A stretch of DNA of 63,781 nucleotides, counting the filler, from Octopus bimaculoides (taxonomy: Eukaryota), in assembly GCF_001194135.2 (NCBI RefSeq). It is 4 parts of 4 records of this genome, joined end to end, with 100 filler letters (N's around TTAATTAATTAA, not from the genome) between each part and the next. Parts side by side here need not be neighbours in the genome. Positions count along the whole stretch, not along the records: positions 57,974 to 63,781 come from NC_069000.1; 3 more parts are not named here. One strand, written 5' to 3'. The position numbers and the translations under genes were made by a program. This document shows, one piece after another, positions 61,632-63,781 of the stretch. The notes under the pieces were generated by a model, which searched no databases, was not told where the DNA came from, and saw only the letters and a list, made by a program, of their open reading frames with translations. Every line of letters starts with the position of its first letter. The stretch's first letter is position 1.

Positions 61632-61850
61632 TCTATAAGTACAAGGCCAGAAATTGGGGAGAGGGAGAGGATTAGTCGATTACACAATCTCCAGTCAATT
61701 ACACAAGCCCCACGAACTGGTACTTATTTCATCGACCCCGAAAGGATGAAAGGTAAAGTCCATCCATCGGAATTTAAACCCAGAACGTAAAGTCGAACGA
61801 AATGCTGCTAAGCATTTTGCCCGGCGTGCTAAAGATTCTGCCAGCTCATC
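61632..61850 (-). mobile_element. SINE family B
   Basis: GGTACTTATTTCATCGACCCCGAAAGGATGAAAGGTAAAGTC. Confidence 0.9.
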
Positions 61851-61869
61851 GTATGCGGTGCGAGTACCA

Positions 61870-63130
61870 AAGTTACATTAAATTCAATAGCAAAATGTAA
61901 GCCCAAGAAAAGGGTGCTTCCATCAATGTCAGTGTTGCAGACAATGTGGCCAACCTCTTTATGGTATGGTGGAATAGGAGACTCAAAGAACGCTTAGCAA
62001 AGAATTCCGTAGCCCTAACCATGTTGATGAAAATCGACAGAGTAGCAAAAGCACCTCCACAAGACAATATCTATGAACTACAAGCTAGTACCGTGGAGAG
62101 CATTCAGAAAATAGGTAACTCCATCCACCAGAGTATTAAGGTAACAGTAGATTATCCCAATAAGCACTCCAACTACAGTCTACCTGCTATAGACACTGAA
62201 CTCTGGCTGAAAAATAAGAATAACAAAGTCCAAATCCTCCATTCGCGCTATGCCAAACCCACGACCTCCAAATATCTGGTCCACCGGAACGCAGCAATTG
62301 CAAATAATACCAAGTTCAATGTTCTCATAGCGGACTTGGTAATGATGATGAGAAACGTTTACCTTATATGCGACCCAACGGAATTAGAGACACATACAAC
62401 ACTTCATCTACCGCATGCAGTTCTCTAGGTACAGCCAAAGATCAGGATCAGGGTGTATAAAAGAGCCATAGCAAAATTCAAGACCATCATAGAGAATGAC
62501 GTAAATGGAATCTATCCGCTATACTGGAGTAAATCTCGGAATAGCATAGAAAGAACTAAGAGGAAGACAGGTAAGGCTAGCTCATGGTATGACAACCAAA
62601 AATACCACAGTGTCAAGTTCATCGATGCTACCCCCTGGAGGAAAACCTTAGGTAAGGTGAATCTACAGATTACAGTAGTAGAAAAGCCAGAAACCCCTAT
62701 AAAATTCCTAATTTATAGAACATACCCATTAAAAAGAAGTCCTGTACGGATAGAAGCTGTATGGAATGTATAGTAAACCCACAAATAAACTGTAAAACTA
62801 TGAAAGTAGTCTATAGAATTTGTGTACAAAGGACGGTGTGGAAACAGGACAATGACGTACATTGGTGAGACAGCGCGTAAATAGGTAAGAAGATAAATTG
62901 ACACTCGTGAGAACTCAAGGAGAAAAGATCGTCAATATTATACCAAGATGCTAAATTAGATCATGGGGACTCGATAGACAACATACGTGTTAGGGTCTTA
63001 TCGACGCATAGAAAAGACGCGACACTCAGACAGATTACAGAGGCCATACACAGAATAGAAAATCGACCGAGCCCCAACAGAAAACGTGAATGGAGTAATA
63101 ACACCCCTACATCACTACACTAGGCAACCT
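61870..63130 (+). mobile_element. Penelope-like element (Neptune-like): RT C-terminal half, Cys linker and GIY-YIG (pseudogenised)
   Basis: KFNSKM*AQEKGASINVSVADNVANLFMVWW (RT Q..G motif); LPAIDTELW..YAKPTTSKYLVH..AI..NTKFNVLIADLV; GIYPLYWSK..K.SSWY..SVKFIDATPW; CTDRSCMEC...CKTMKVVYRIC...YIGETAR; HRKDATLRQITEA...NRKREW. Confidence 0.88.
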
Positions 63131-63504
63131 GACCATTAAAGAGAGACTAAGAAAAAAGTAAATAAGTAAATATATAAATAAATAAAGACACAAGTACAAA
63201 ATTGTAATATACAAACCCATATTCACGCACACAAAACACACGCATACGTACTAAACATATAGACTCAAACACACAGGTAGAGACGTAAACGAATGCGCAG
63301 ATAGCGATACATACCACAGAAAAACAAAATAGAATAGACAGGTCAAGAAAGGGGTGAAAAGGAGACACGAGGGACAGAAAGGCGTTGAAGAGGTCACGGA
63401 ATGCGTGACGAAAGAGCTTGACAAATAAATTAATATTCAAATAAATAATGAGTGTTTATTGACAAAAAAATGACCGTCCCAAGATATAACGATATAAATT
63501 TAGA

Positions 63505-63660
63505 TATATATCGAGCCCAATAATTATTGTCTTTCGTAAAACCTGGTACTTATTATATCGGTCTCTTGTGCCAAACCGCTTAGTTACAAGAATATAAATA
63601 CACCAACACCAGTTGTCAAGTGGTGTTAGAGGATAAATACAAATGCAAAGACACACACAC
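63505..63660 (-). mobile_element. SINE family A, 3' half, decayed
   Basis: CCTGGTACTTATTATATCGGTCTCTTGTGCCAAACCGCTTAGTTAC...CACCAACACCAGTTGTCAAG. Confidence 0.8.
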
Positions 63661-63681
63661 ACACATACATACATACATACA

Positions 63682-63717
<36 letters not shown>

Positions 63718-63734
63718 TACACACATATATATAT

Positions 63735-63781
<47 letters not shown>

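Overview
Repeat-dense, AT-rich animal draft-assembly window with roughly 6.5 kb of N gaps. The SINE families, microsatellite load and transposon set look like a coleoid cephalopod, probably Octopus (inference from recall, not a search). There is no intact long protein-coding ORF; almost all of the ORF track is microsatellite or N read-through. Supported content: a decayed DD37D (maT) Tc1/mariner copy with TIRs; Buster/Charlie-type hAT MITEs with 8-bp TSDs; two Penelope-like element (PLE) remnants; CR1/L2-, RTE- and R4/Dong-like LINE fragments; a Ty3/Gypsy integrase fragment; Helentron/HINE-like elements; and many copies of three tRNA-derived SINE families. Host-gene evidence is limited to short candidate exons, the best being a minus-strand first coding exon (MSSSIASDTGHD, 41762-41798) downstream of a CRE site, plus motif-rich islands (ETS/E-box/CTCF-like, YY1, RFX X-box). 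Best leads: a 198-bp, 99%-identical inverted repeat with a 284-bp spacer (long dsRNA/ADAR substrate candidate); a minimal type I hammerhead ribozyme; a well-formed recursive-splice-like site with a 31-nt RS-exon; and retroelements tied to (AAT)n microsatellites. I found no convincing wholly new biological system; the findings are leads. TE boundaries are approximate (about +/-15 nt) unless TIRs or TSDs are quoted.
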